Shown piece after piece: positions 38,013 through 49,078 of a stretch of DNA of 56,321 bases (positions are counted from its first letter, which is position 1; the number at the start of each line of letters is the position of its first letter). The position numbers and the translations under genes were made by a program. This DNA comes from Phoronis australis. Its lineage: Eukaryota > Animalia > Phoronida. The notes below the pieces were generated by a model. That model did not search any database and was not told where the DNA came from. It saw nothing but the letters and a program-made list of their open reading frames with translations. The stretch is taken from the NCBI GenBank assembly GCA_002633005.1, contig NMRA01000626.1:12308-68628 (forward strand), written 5' to 3'.

Positions 38013-38992
38013 TAATTGCAGCATTTCATGTTTGACACGTTCTCCGTGTTTTTTTTTTCTTTTCTTTTTCTTTGCCTTTTTTATTGGATAATTCTTCAGG
38101 AATCAAGGAAAATGCTTCATTTTTATAGCAAAAACCAGAAAAATTTTCCTGGGCTGGAGGGGGGCAAACTCCCCCATTCCTTGCTATGCGTATCTAATCG
38201 TGCTTTGCGCAAACGTTTTCTACACAAAATATTGGGACCCCTTGTGATATTCGAGATCCGCCACTGTACCTGATCATCAAACAAGTTTATCTTTAACATC
38301 TGAGCAGTTCTAAAAACTCATAAAGGCTGTGAAAGATTGCGTAAAGGAATGGTGGAAAAGCATACTGGTGAATCTTTGGCAACAACATGCCACGGAGTGT
38401 CGTAAGGCTACTAATTTCGAAAGACGAGAAAGCATAGACCATAGATTGTATTTTTGGACTGAAAATATGTCAATGTAAAATGAAGACACAGTAAAGCAAT
38501 GGGCCTTCGGTGCTCTCTAATATTCTGATTTCCTAATTTCTTGAAACATTTCCTAAACACTTGAATTCAGTGTTTTCAAAAACTCCAGACTATTTCTAAC
38601 AGCATAACAAACATGTAATGCTGCACAACTCATGTGCGCTGTTTTCCATAAACGTGGTCCCACGAATGAGCTTATTATTAGAAAATCGAGTTCGTGAGAG
38701 ATTTATAGTTTTGAGCAGAAGGTCGAATTTCGTTAATAAAAAACGCTGTAAGCTCTTGCTGTGGATGGGGCAATATATTTACCAACATGCAGTGTTAATT
38801 TCGATCCAATCACTTATTAAATTTTGAAATACCTCCACCCTCTGCATTTCCGGTTGCCTTACTAGTATCAGTAAGTCATAATAAAGTTTTACGATAAGTT
38901 TTCTTATACTACAATATTAGCCTCAAATGGCAGATACAACCGTGTAATAACCCATAAAGTTATCTCACTAGTGAGATAACGATTTGGCGGGA

Positions 38993-39066
38993 AACCGAGG
39001 ACGGGGTCGAACCCGGGACCCTAATATTGCTGGTCGCCGACTTTACCACTACACCACGCAGCGACT
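38993..39066 (-). repeat. tRNA-derived sequence (SINE head or tRNA pseudogene)
   Basis: Minus strand: TGGTGTAGTGG (A box) and CCGGGTTCGACCCCG (B box/T arm). Anticodon and acceptor stems do not pair. Confidence 0.6.
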
Positions 39067-39610
39067 GACGTCATCAAGAGTGAAAATAGAATACTTAAAT
39101 GAGCACGCGCAATAATCGCACGTTCAACAAACCGCATTGTAGTGTACTTATACGCTACTAAAAATAAGACACATAATTTCCATAAAAATGATATCTTAAT
39201 TCGGTGAAATTTTTCTCTCATGTCCTCTTACTTGTAAATCACCGATCTCTACTTTAAATGCGGGTATCGTGTCGTCAGGATCTTTGACTTGAGAATTATA
39301 TTCAGTTACCAGTGGTAACCTACTTTAGCAGACGATAATTTCCCGGTCGAAGCTTAGCGTGAAAAAAAACGTGTTTTAAGCTATAATAGTTGGTAAACCT
39401 TAATTTATAAATTCAATTTATTTCTATAATATTTAAGTTTTCAATTGGTGTTGAGTACAAGCATTATTTGACAAAAATAGCCGGGCTTTTCTTAAAAGGT
39501 CACGACCTCCGACCCCGGGCCTCTGACATAGAAAGTAGTTACAAAGCCGTGGAGAGTCAGAAAAGGTAAATCGATTCATTGCAATGTTTCTCGTTTAGTA
39601 TGTGGTATAA

Positions 39611-39774
39611 ATAGATTATTACATGTTCTCAGCCGTTATCCCCCTTATCTAGAGCCCTCGTGGATTTTGGAGAATTATCACCCTCGGGGCTAACGCCCCT
39701 CGGGCGATAATTCACCAAAATCCACTCGGGCTCTAGATAACGTGGGATAACGACTTCGCCATGTAATAATCTAT
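39611..39774. mobile_element. 164-bp near-perfect palindromic element in a TA-rich site
   Basis: ATAGATTATTACATG...TTATCTAGAGCCC..GTGGATTTTGG.GAATTATC.CCC mirrored on the other arm, ending CATGTAATAATCTAT. Confidence 0.85.
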
Positions 39775-40588
39775 ATATATCCTTACTTGAACGTTGATTT
39801 GCGGCAAAAAGTCATTGTCTGGCACGCTTACATACATGTACAGTGTACATGAATTGAACAGAGATGACGTTAAAGCTTTGTGCATACACTTCAGACAATC
39901 AGTAGATTTTTGAATAGTTGATCCTTCAAGAATTAAGGTGCCTTAATTAGCCAAACGCCCTGTGTGACTGGGTCGGAAAGCCAATAAGCAGGTGTTGAAA
40001 GTTTGATATATGTACTGCAGCAAGTACATTGCTTATAAGAATCTCTAGAAGGAATGGCGATTTGACACAACCTGTGAAACTTGTTTATAAAAAGTCGTAC
40101 TCAGAACTTGTTTGATTAGTTTCCTTTCCTTGATGACGAGCAAAGGAAAGTGGAACTGGCAAATGCAAAAGTTACAGATTCCTGAAATTGGACCTGACGA
40201 CACTAGTAATTTGTAATATTATAATACTTAAGATCATGGAAACGTAATTAAGTGTATTGGAGTGCAATGTACGTGGGGCTGATAATATTTGATTTTCCTC
40301 TACATGGATGTAAAGAACTCGACCCAATTGAAAATAAAGTTTTATTTGAAATAGAATCCAATTTCTTTTTAGTATTAACTCTTTTTGTATGAGTTGATAA
40401 AATAGTATACATGTAAAATAACTTATTGTCTCTGAAAATGCTTTATTTATATTTGAAAGCATGTGCCATTTAAACCACAATATTAGTCCCAATAAAAATG
40501 AAAATTCAAAAAAAATAAAAACAAGTTTGATTTGAGTGAGCAAATTTTGTATGTACATGTACATCAACAGTTACACATCTTTGCAATG

Positions 40589-40659
40589 TCATAAGGATCC
40601 TTCAAACACCAATGTATACGGACACGTCCCAAAATGAGGATCAGGCGCATTCACCTCAA
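40589..40659 (-). pseudogene. Paralog of the 501-571 exon, (V)EVNAPDPHFGTCPYTLVFEGSL*
   Basis: gtgttttag|TT acceptor, identical length (71 nt) and stop position, 77% identity, similar flanking intron sequence. Confidence 0.7.
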
Positions 40660-40774
40660 CTAAAACACATATAGAAAATACCAATAGATCAATCGAGGAA
40701 TTTGAAAGAATCTGAGGAACAATAAAACATTCCATTTGGGGCGACATTGTCGTTAAAAACGTACAAAAATTTAC

Positions 40775-40953
40775 AGTGTACACCAGTTGTGGTAATCTCC
40801 ACGCGAATACATCATAATTAAACGGCTCCAGACGTAAACGGCTCCAGACGTTGAAATAGCCATACGCAAAAAGTAAAAATGATCAAGGGAGTCCAGACAA
40901 CCTGCACATGATGTTCTCGTTGTCTCTATAACAGAATACGTGGCCTCAAGGAA
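40775..40953 (-). pseudogene. Possible highly degenerate Ig-like exon upstream of the 40589 exon
   Basis: Strong acceptor ctcttttcccag|TT CCT, ENIMCRLSGLP, and VEITTTGVH T|GTAAAT. Short intron to the next exon, as in the 571-703 pair. Contains stops and a 16-bp tandem duplication. Confidence 0.3.
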
Positions 40954-41429
40954 CTGGGAAAAGAGGTTAAATATACAAAATGACACTAGGGCAAAAATAC
41001 GTCAAAATGGCTTTTGCCACACAATCCGTCGAAGTTACTTATCTCCATGTACAAAATTCCCCAAAATCTAAGAAGGTGCGTCAGAGACACATTTGATTAG
41101 ACTCCACACACGGGCATACAGGTAGACAGAGATGACGAGATAATGCAGACATACATTTACGCTTGTGACAGTAGAACTATACAACGGTTGCAGGAACATA
41201 CATTAACATTGCATTTGTCCAAAACCAAGTGTCGTTGTCTCCTTAATGGGTACACATGCATGTGTGCCAAATGCCATAGAGATTTATGGAGGAAATTGAG
41301 TGGTATGTTGGGTATGGCATTCCTTAATTAGCCACCGTAATAGTCATAACCAGTCATTTTTTTTCATTAGCAAGACTAGCTGTCAGGTGGGGCAAAGATG
41401 TTGGACTGTTTGCGTGCATACAAGCATTC

Positions 41430-41570
41430 ACTCATTTGTTCCTATTGAGATGATCACGATTGACAGGCTTTCTGATGGGTGCAATCACTCTGGTGCTCGG
41501 AGTGGCAAGTTTTTTGTTTACCTGTGCCACAATATCTACAAATTTCTTTCTGTGAATCTGGGTGAAATTT

Positions 41571-41626
<56 letters not shown>

Positions 41627-41812
41627 ATTATTAAAAGACAGTATGCCCTCCATAAACTGTAGGACATTGGTGTTGCGTCCTCTAGTGGTCCTGTATCTAC
41701 CACCTTTAATGATGGATGGAATTTGGCAAGTGCTTATCAAGAATATGAAACCGGTTCCTAAGTTTCAGAAGAATATAATGTATGTTGCACCACCTAGTGT
41801 TTTTATTTTATA
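41430..41812 (+). mobile_element. Helentron/DINE-like repeat units paralogous to 28505-28850
   Basis: tgttcctattgagatgatcacga(t/c)tgacagg..ttctgatgggtgcaatcac...tataatgtatg(t/c)tgcaccacctag shared. Confidence 0.8.
41572..41623. repeat. (GT)n microsatellite, about 26 units
   Basis: Uninterrupted GT run. Confidence 0.98.
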
Positions 41813-42119
41813 TACATAGGCGGATTTAGGGGGGGGCCCAGGGGGCCCGGGCCCCCCCCCCCCCCCTTGGCTGCCGCAAAAAAAAATAAAACAGTAAGAG
41901 CGTAGGGAAATGGTGAGTTTATCAATTAACCCCGGTAATTAAATTATACGGATGAAAAAAGATTAAATGTGTGCAGTTTTAGTGTTTTTTTTGGGGGGGG
42001 CTCAAATCCAATTTCAAGTGTCAAATTCGGAACACGGCGCATTCGTAACGGAACTATGGTTAAGTATAGGCTCTCAAGCGATATCCCAGGCGACCGGCAG
42101 TGGCGCTGCGCACTACGAC

Positions 42120-42468
42120 CAGAGACCGTAGAGAGGGAGACGTTTCACCTAGCGAAATCCTATTGGACGGCCACTGGCGGCCATTGTTGTTCCATGGACC
42201 GTAGAGACGTCTAGCGGGTGTGTGTGGGGAAAAAGGAATATGGCTGTTACTCGTGGTCAGCGGTCACAGAGACAAGATATTTTATCTGATCATGTAGTTC
42301 ATTTAGATTTCCCATAGTTAATACCTCTGAGGGTAGTGCTGTGTCAAGTAACTACAAAACAAGATATGCCGGCTGCAGTCCCTAAAAAGAGGATCAGAGG
42401 AGCTTTTTGCGCTGCAGAAAAACCGGGACTTGCACTCCCACTACTCACTACTGATAAAGACAGGTGAG
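42120..42468 (+). mobile_element. Possible P-element-like left end with a degenerate first THAP exon
   Basis: CAGAGACCGTAGAGAG start with an internal repeat catggaccgtagagac. ATG at 42366: MPAAVPKKRIRGAFCAA...DKDR|GTGAG. Confidence 0.35.
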
Positions 42469-45380
42469 ATATACGAGTGATACAAAGAATTCTTTTTGTG
42501 AAAATGCTGCCTGTCAACCATTGATGCTGGCAGAGTGATTTGAACTTGTCTTACCTTTAAGTTTCATGGTTTTATTTGATTACTCAAAGCAAAATTGTGG
42601 TAATCCGTNCTAAACAGATTCTAGCCCAGTCTTGTATGGATTGATTTAAAACCCTGAAAAGGGATTACGTGATCATGTTTTGGGAATACACCTCTAGAGT
42701 GAAGCTTTCAATCCAAATCAAACTCGAAATTGTTTTTGTCACTTCCAGTCCACTTTCTTGCGAGATCAAGATAGACTTAATGAGTACTTAATGACCACTG
42801 GATTCGAACTAAAATTTGAGTAAAAACTTTTTAAGATTTCTAGTAAAACCTCGAACTCAGACTCGAACTTTTAGCTCTAATGCTGGGATCATTAACTGCC
42901 ATCAATAAGCTCTCAAATATAAAATAAATTTATCTCGAGTTCAAACAAAAGTAGAATAGAAAATAAAAAATCTTGGGCCCAGGTGTTACTTTCATAACAG
43001 TCTATGCTTTCACAATGCAGTGAATGTGCATCTTGAGTGGAAGTCGGGTCTTTAATAACCTATTCCCCCAGTACCACTGGTGTAGTCAGAATTATTCAAC
43101 AGAGGTTGCCAAAATTGAAATTGTTGGCGACCAATGATTGTGACTGAAGTGAGAGGCAACCTGGAGGTACTGCATGAACAAGGGACAGGGGAGATAGGCA
43201 AGCACAAAACTGAAATGAGTTGCTATCAGGGGAAGGGTCTGCAATGAAGAGGGTGTAGCCTTGTTGTGTGCCCTATGGCTATGTTAATGCCTTAGTACTT
43301 CAGTCTATCCCTAAACTAGACCATATTTCTAATCAATACATCAGCAAAATAAAGTTCCCAATGGTTAGACAAATATCTTGGCATGTTGTGTTTTTAGCCT
43401 ATGAGTGTAATATTTCTAGGAACACGTTAATGATGTCACAGTTTTTTTAATTTTGAGTCAACGTGAGGGTGTTTGCCAGTGCAAATGTTCTGAAGCATTT
43501 CACACTGCCAACTCTTGCCACGAGGAGGCCCCCTCAATAAGAGTCAAATTTGTAATTTTGAAAAACTTTTCGAAAAGACCGAAATGTTGACTAAAATCAC
43601 TGCTGTATTATGTAGATCATAACAACAAGAATGAAACACTAGCCTGTTGCTCAAAACACTGAGTAAAACATACTGGTAACAGTCACATACAGGGCACCCC
43701 CACTTTGAGAACCAGTGTTTTCTACTGCATAACAAGAACCTGATTTTCACTGAATAGCAGGCGTTAAAACTTGTTCTCAAAATTTGGATTGCCAGTGAGT
43801 GACTACTGCCTGGATAACAATCAACCCACCTAAAGCGCAAGGAACCCGTCGATTTGGGTTACGTGACCCAACTTTAAGTCTCTGAAGTACCCTGACCTCC
43901 CAATTTTGAAATGTGAGATGTTTTTGCAACAAGTCATTTCAACAAACCAGATTTTTAAAGTTCACTTGCTTACAAAGTCTAACTCAAGGATGCTTTGATT
44001 ACAGCAAACCTTAGTAGTTTCCGAATGTTTTAGAATGGTTCTGGTTTTGCAATTAGACTGAAATTAATATATGATTCTTTCAAACTTCAACACTTGACAT
44101 CATGTGATCATGGAAAGCAAAAAATGAAACAGTCGACGAGTCGGGATCCAGGATAGAGAGAGAGGAGACTTGCATAGATTGCATATGACCAAATGTGCCA
44201 CTCTGACCAGTGACTCAAGCATTGCAAAAGTCACCATGAAAGGGTGAATTTCCAAATAAATTCCACACAAAAATATTTACTTTTAGGTTCGAACTGTATA
44301 AAATGAACAATTTTTGCACCAAAACCACTATGTTTCATATACAACTGAGGCTTCTTGTGTTAAAAAGAATACATCCCAGCTTTTTGCTGAAATACAATTC
44401 CCCGTAAATAATAACTTTGCATAATTATGTTATCAGAAAAGTTGACTTCCATTGAGGCTCTCACCAAAATGGGTCAGTTTTAATGACTGTGCCAACTCAC
44501 AAAAGGGTGAGGTTTTATCCTGATGATTATGCTAAAGAGTGGGTATAATCCTAATTTCAAGGCAACAAACACCCTCCGAAATAATAATACTCTACGACTG
44601 TACGATGGCAGTCATTGCTGAATGGCACTGCCAGAAGCGATACTGTCAGTCATTATAAAACTATTGCTAGACTGCTTAATGTTTGTGTGTTTAGGACCAT
44701 TGACTGTATTTTTATGTTCCTGACTTCTGTTAGTAGTGACAAGTGTGCCAGTCTATTATACAATGACAATGTCAATGAATAGCATATCCTTATCTGACCC
44801 ACTAGTTCAACTTTCACGGTAATTACGGGAGCTTATATAACGTACATGAACATGTTAACATACGAGAGGGTGTGCTCTGAAAAGATCGAGACAATCTCCC
44901 GTGGCCGCGACGCACTCAGCTACTCCTTTCCCACTATTCGGTGCGACAGTACTTCTAAAATGACTGTTGTTGTGGGTGGCCTGGGCTAATGGTAATGCCT
45001 ATTAAGCCTATTTCTTCCACAAAATATTTCGTAAAAAATCTTCAGAATCCAGCACAGTATACAAGATAATTATCACAACATGTTTCGTATACTGTACTCG
45101 TGATGTTTTCCTTGACTCGTTAACTTTGAAATGCGGGAGTTTGATGAAAACAGAGAGATTTAAACAGCTGTAAATCCATCGACATTCTTTTACTGGAAGT
45201 CGCCATGTTGGTGAACTAGTTTGACCTATTATACAACTGACCAATAGAATGCCTTGTTTCTTGAAATCGGAACAGCCAATGATATTCCAAGAATGCCGAT
45301 GGAAAAGTGCCCTGTAGCAGACCCCAACCAATCTCGTGGGTCTGTGCAGGAGACTAACTAAGTGACTAAAGCGGCATTAA

Positions 45381-46500
45381 GAGGCCTGGAACGCACAAAA
45401 CAGACTAAATTGCATTAATCAAAGTGGTTCTCTGCCACTGAAACAAAATTGAACACGTTCAACAAATATGTTTACGGGTTGCTTGTAAAGAATTTCAATT
45501 TCTGTTGATGTAAAAGTATTTTTCTTTTAGTTTTAAATTTCAAAGAAAAACGATTTGTCAACTGCTCGACACTTCGTCAATTTTTCTCCCACTAGGCAAA
45601 GCATGCCTCTTTATCTGGTATGGTAAGACATAGACGTAGCGCATTTCCCTGATACGGAAAATGTGACATGTGATGTAAATAAACTAATAGCAACTTCAAT
45701 CAGAAGCTCGATTAAGAGGCAATTGATGTTAAAAATAAGTTACAAAGGTTTCGTGGTATTCAAAAAAAAATCTAAAATGGAATTCTCTTTGGGATATCTC
45801 TTGCTTCACTGGCTTGTCTCATATTCACGGGTGAGAAACAACATGACCGCCGGTCCTCTCAATCGGACTGACTCACCCAAAACAGGACCTTCGGGGATCA
45901 AATGGGACCGTCGCACCAGAAAATGGGACTGATGCACCTAAAAACATGACCGCCCCACCAGAAAAAAGGACCGCCGGGGACTGAACATGACCGCCGGACA
46001 ATATGCGGTTTCAATCCCCGGCGGTCATGTTCAGTCCCCGGCGGTCCTGTTTTCTGGTGGGGCGGTCTTGTTTTTAGGTGCGTCAGTCCCATTTTCTGGT
46101 GCGACGGTCCCATTTGATCCCCGGAGGTCCTGTTTTGGGTGAGGCGGTCCGATTTAAGAGGACCGGCGGTCATGTTGTTTCTCACCCGTGATATTGTGGT
46201 GTGGACCTTAGATTTGGAGTGCGATAACGCAATGCGGGTAAAATCTTTCTTGTCAATCAGCTGCTTGTCGGAGGACTGTGAGCGCATGAACGCATTTATC
46301 ATAAGTGGGAGAAAGATTAGAAACTCTGTGGTGACTACAGAGTTTTTCCTTTGCGTCTATTTCAAAAATCGTGAATTTTGTTCGTAGAAATCCCCTCACA
46401 GGGGAACTGAATAACTCAGTAGTAGACGTTGCGAGATGAAACTTTCGTCACGAATTGCTTGAAAAGATATTTTTGACGAGCTTTCGCGTTCCATGCCTCT
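45381..46500. mobile_element. TTAA-flanked Kolobok-like MITE hosting the foldback element
   Basis: TTAA|GAGGCCTGGAACGC on the left and GCGTTCCATGCCTCT|TTAA on the right (one-base offset). Confidence 0.55.
45826..46190. mobile_element. 365-bp foldback MITE, CAC...GTG ends, 5-bp TSD (Transib/CMC-like)
   Basis: About 170-bp inverted arms starting CACGGGTGAGAAACAACATGACCGCCGG, about 20-nt loop, exact TSD ATATT at 45821-45825 and 46191-46195. Confidence 0.92.
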
Positions 46501-47259
46501 TTAAACACTCATGTTTTGATTTAGGCTACTTGCCATTATTAAATTGATTACAAATTGTTGCTAAGTCCGAGTGAGCGTGATTTTTGGGCTTGGAAAGAAC
46601 AAACATTTCGTTATTTCTTCAGAAAAAGTAGATCATGCAGCTACAGAAAAGCACACCATTGACTGATCGGGTGCAGATATCATCGATAGGTAGGCCAATG
46701 ATCTCAAAAGAAAGATAAGAAAGTCGACCTGCACATTTTAAAGAGGAGCATGGACAAACAAACAGTGTATCTACTTCCTTAAAGGAGGAGGCAACCTTTT
46801 TCATGTCATTTTAGTAAAAATACGGTTTGTAGATTATCCCAGACACATTTTTCAGATAATAACGGCTTCCCGTAATTTTATTAATTAGTCGTGCCTTATT
46901 CCTTAGATGACGTTTAGGGTGTTAAAGGCGAAGGCAACCTTTTTCCATGTCATTTTGAGCTAAAATAAGGTTGGTTGGTTATCCTAGACATATTTTCCAC
47001 TTAATTACAGCTTTTCGAAATTTTATAAATTACTCGTCCGCTACTCTGGAAGTGACGTTTTACGAGGCAAGCGTTTCCCGCCGCTTGGTTTTGCGTTGAC
47101 TTTACCGTGCGAATCTGTTCTATTCTACTTTTGTTTTGTGCTGTTTTTCAACAATTGTCGCCACCACTTTCCATCGGCGAGTATCATGCGGCAAGATAGG
47201 TTAGTAGAGAACTCAACTACGTTGGATTTAGGGGTTGTTTAGTGTGTTGTAAGCTGAAA

Positions 47260-47568
47260 ATGGCTGGAGTCGGTGACCCGTATCACAGTGACAGTAGTGT
47301 GAGTAACGGAGACCTTGTTCACAGCAGTGGTGACGAAGAATTTTTTCACGGACATTCAGTGGGTGGGTACAAGTTTAAGCCCGAGTATAACGAGGCAGAG
47401 TACGCACAGGCACAGGCAGCTGTTGAGAGAAACGAGGCGTCTACTAAGGACAGACGTGGTGACACATCTTGGTGCAAATACACTGTGTGCCTTGTTATGC
47501 CTACCTCAATGGAATGCTTGTGCTGTTCAGAGTTCGACGAGGCCAAGCCACTACTGGACACGGTTAAG
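47260..47568 (+). pseudogene. KolX N-terminal part (related to the P2X7 C-terminal ballast domain), 3'-truncated
   Basis: GYKFKPEY...RRGDTSWCKYTVCLVMPTSMECLCCSEF fits WCxCxxCxxMxxxxExxCCxE. Confidence 0.85.
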
Positions 47569-47569
47569 T

Positions 47570-48310
47570 GGACTTCTGGCATACCACGGACAGAGGAACA
47601 ACTGTCCCACTTGCCAGAGTGTCCCGCGACACACTCCCACTGGATGGTAACCTGATGGTAAACTGCTTACATCGTGTCGTGTGACTCCCTCGCCACACAC
47701 CTGGCACCTTCTAAATAGCTCCAACACTTTAGACAAGTCTACAATAAACTTATCAAAGTTTGGCTCGCCGATCTGTTCACTAGACGACGAACTGTCCTCT
47801 TCACTGGGTGTCGACATAACTGGGCCTGTAATCACTCCCACTACTCAATATCGCTGCGGGCGAATCACTACTGGTTCCTGGAATTGCACGCTCTGGGGTA
47901 GGTTCGGAGGCACGGGTAGATGAAGTGCCTCCACTGGCTCCAGTCACTGTACTGGCCACAGCTCGCGAGGCTTCTCGCTTCAAAAACGCCCTTCTCGGGG
48001 GTCGGCGACGGGGCACTGCCGGGAATCAACACAGACGGAATGGCATCCTTCTTCAGACGTTGTTTCGCAGGGACCTTCATCAGTTCAGCGTACAAATCCC
48101 TTTCGTAATCGGACGGCAGAAAGTGCTTGCCACACACACGGCAATTCTCCACTGTTTGTACGTTGCGTGGACGGGTAACGCTGCGTTCTTCACACGAACG
48201 AGCGAAGTACGGCGAAGTGTGTCATCCATCGGAAAGCGATGCAAAGGTACTCCCAAATCGCGCGTGAGCCGATAATTAGTACATCCTGGTACGCAGCAAC
48301 AGTGTGGTAT
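47570..48310 (-). pseudogene. Kolobok transposase N-terminus: THAP plus downstream Cys/His region, frameshifted, catalytic domain deleted
   Basis: PHCCCVPGC...LHRFPMDDTLRR...RVCGKHFLPSDY...LKKDAIPSV (THAP), KFIVDLSKVLELFRRCQVCG, WECVAGHSGKWDSCSSVRGMP. Confidence 0.85.
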
Positions 48311-48699
48311 GTTGACTGACTAGTAAATGAAAGCAAACGACGACGGAACTTAACGCAACCGAGGTAGAACAATGACTGACTCGGCAGCTCTCACAGTCAG
48401 ACTAAATGAAAAGAAATTGGCGCGAAATGCTTGCCTCCTAAAACGTCACTTCCGGAGATGCGGACGAGTAATTAATAAAATTACGAAAAGCTGTAATTAA
48501 GTGGAAAATATGTCTAGGATAACCAACCAATCTTATTTTAGCTCAAAATGACATGGAAAAAGGCTGCCTTCGCCTGTAAGAATTTACCACCATTTTGTTT
48601 TCATATAGTCCGACTGTGTGAGCTGTCGAGTCAGTCATTATTTTACATCAGTTGTGATAAGTTCGGTCGTCGTTTGTGTTTGTTTACGAGTCAGTAAAC

Positions 48700-49078
48700 A
48701 TGCCGCACGGTTGCTTCGTACCTGGTTGTACCATAGACTATATTGGTTGTACACATTATCGTTTCACGCGCTTTTGGGTACGTCATTACATCGCTTTCCC
48801 AAAGATGACACGCTCCGCCGTACTTGGCTTGTTCGCGTAAAGAACGCAGCGTTACCGCCCACGCAACGTACAAGGCAGTGGAGACTATCACCGATTGTGG
48901 AGCAAGCATTTTCCGCCGTCGGATTGCAAAAGAGATGTGTACACTGAATTGATGAAGGCCTCCGCAGTTCCCCGTTACCACCCCTGAAAAGAGCATTTTT
49001 GAAGCGAGAAGCCTGGCGAGCTGTGGCCTTTACAGTGACTGGAGGCCCTTCATTTCCTGTCACCCGGGCCTCCGAACG
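48700..49078 (+). pseudogene. THAP remnant of the outer Kolobok
   Basis: MPHGCFVPGC...SLHRFPKDDTLRRTWLVRVKN, an inverted paralog of 47900-48310. Confidence 0.85.

Larger units (their letters stand above)
46926..48575 (-). mobile_element. Internally deleted Kolobok transposon (KolX and THAP-transposase, convergent)
   Basis: About 157-bp TIRs AGGCGAAGGCA(A/G)CCTTTTTCCATGTCATTTTGAGCTAAAATAAG, flanks TTAA (46922-46925) and GTAA (48576-48579), two convergent gene remnants joined near 47570. Confidence 0.92.

Noticed and set aside
37951-39066. Two functional tRNA genes
   Set aside because: Only A and B boxes and partial arms are present; acceptor stems do not pair.
41300-41819. ORFs with poly-CV or poly-HT tracts as metal-binding proteins
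   Set aside because: They are translations of the GT microsatellite.
44861-44900. Second mariner TIR (TACGAGAGGGTGTG...)
   Set aside because: Weak resemblance, with no partner TIR or transposase remnant found.
45663-46387. Overlapping ORFs with mirrored peptides (SRVRNNMTAGPL on both strands)
   Set aside because: A by-product of the foldback palindrome, not coding.
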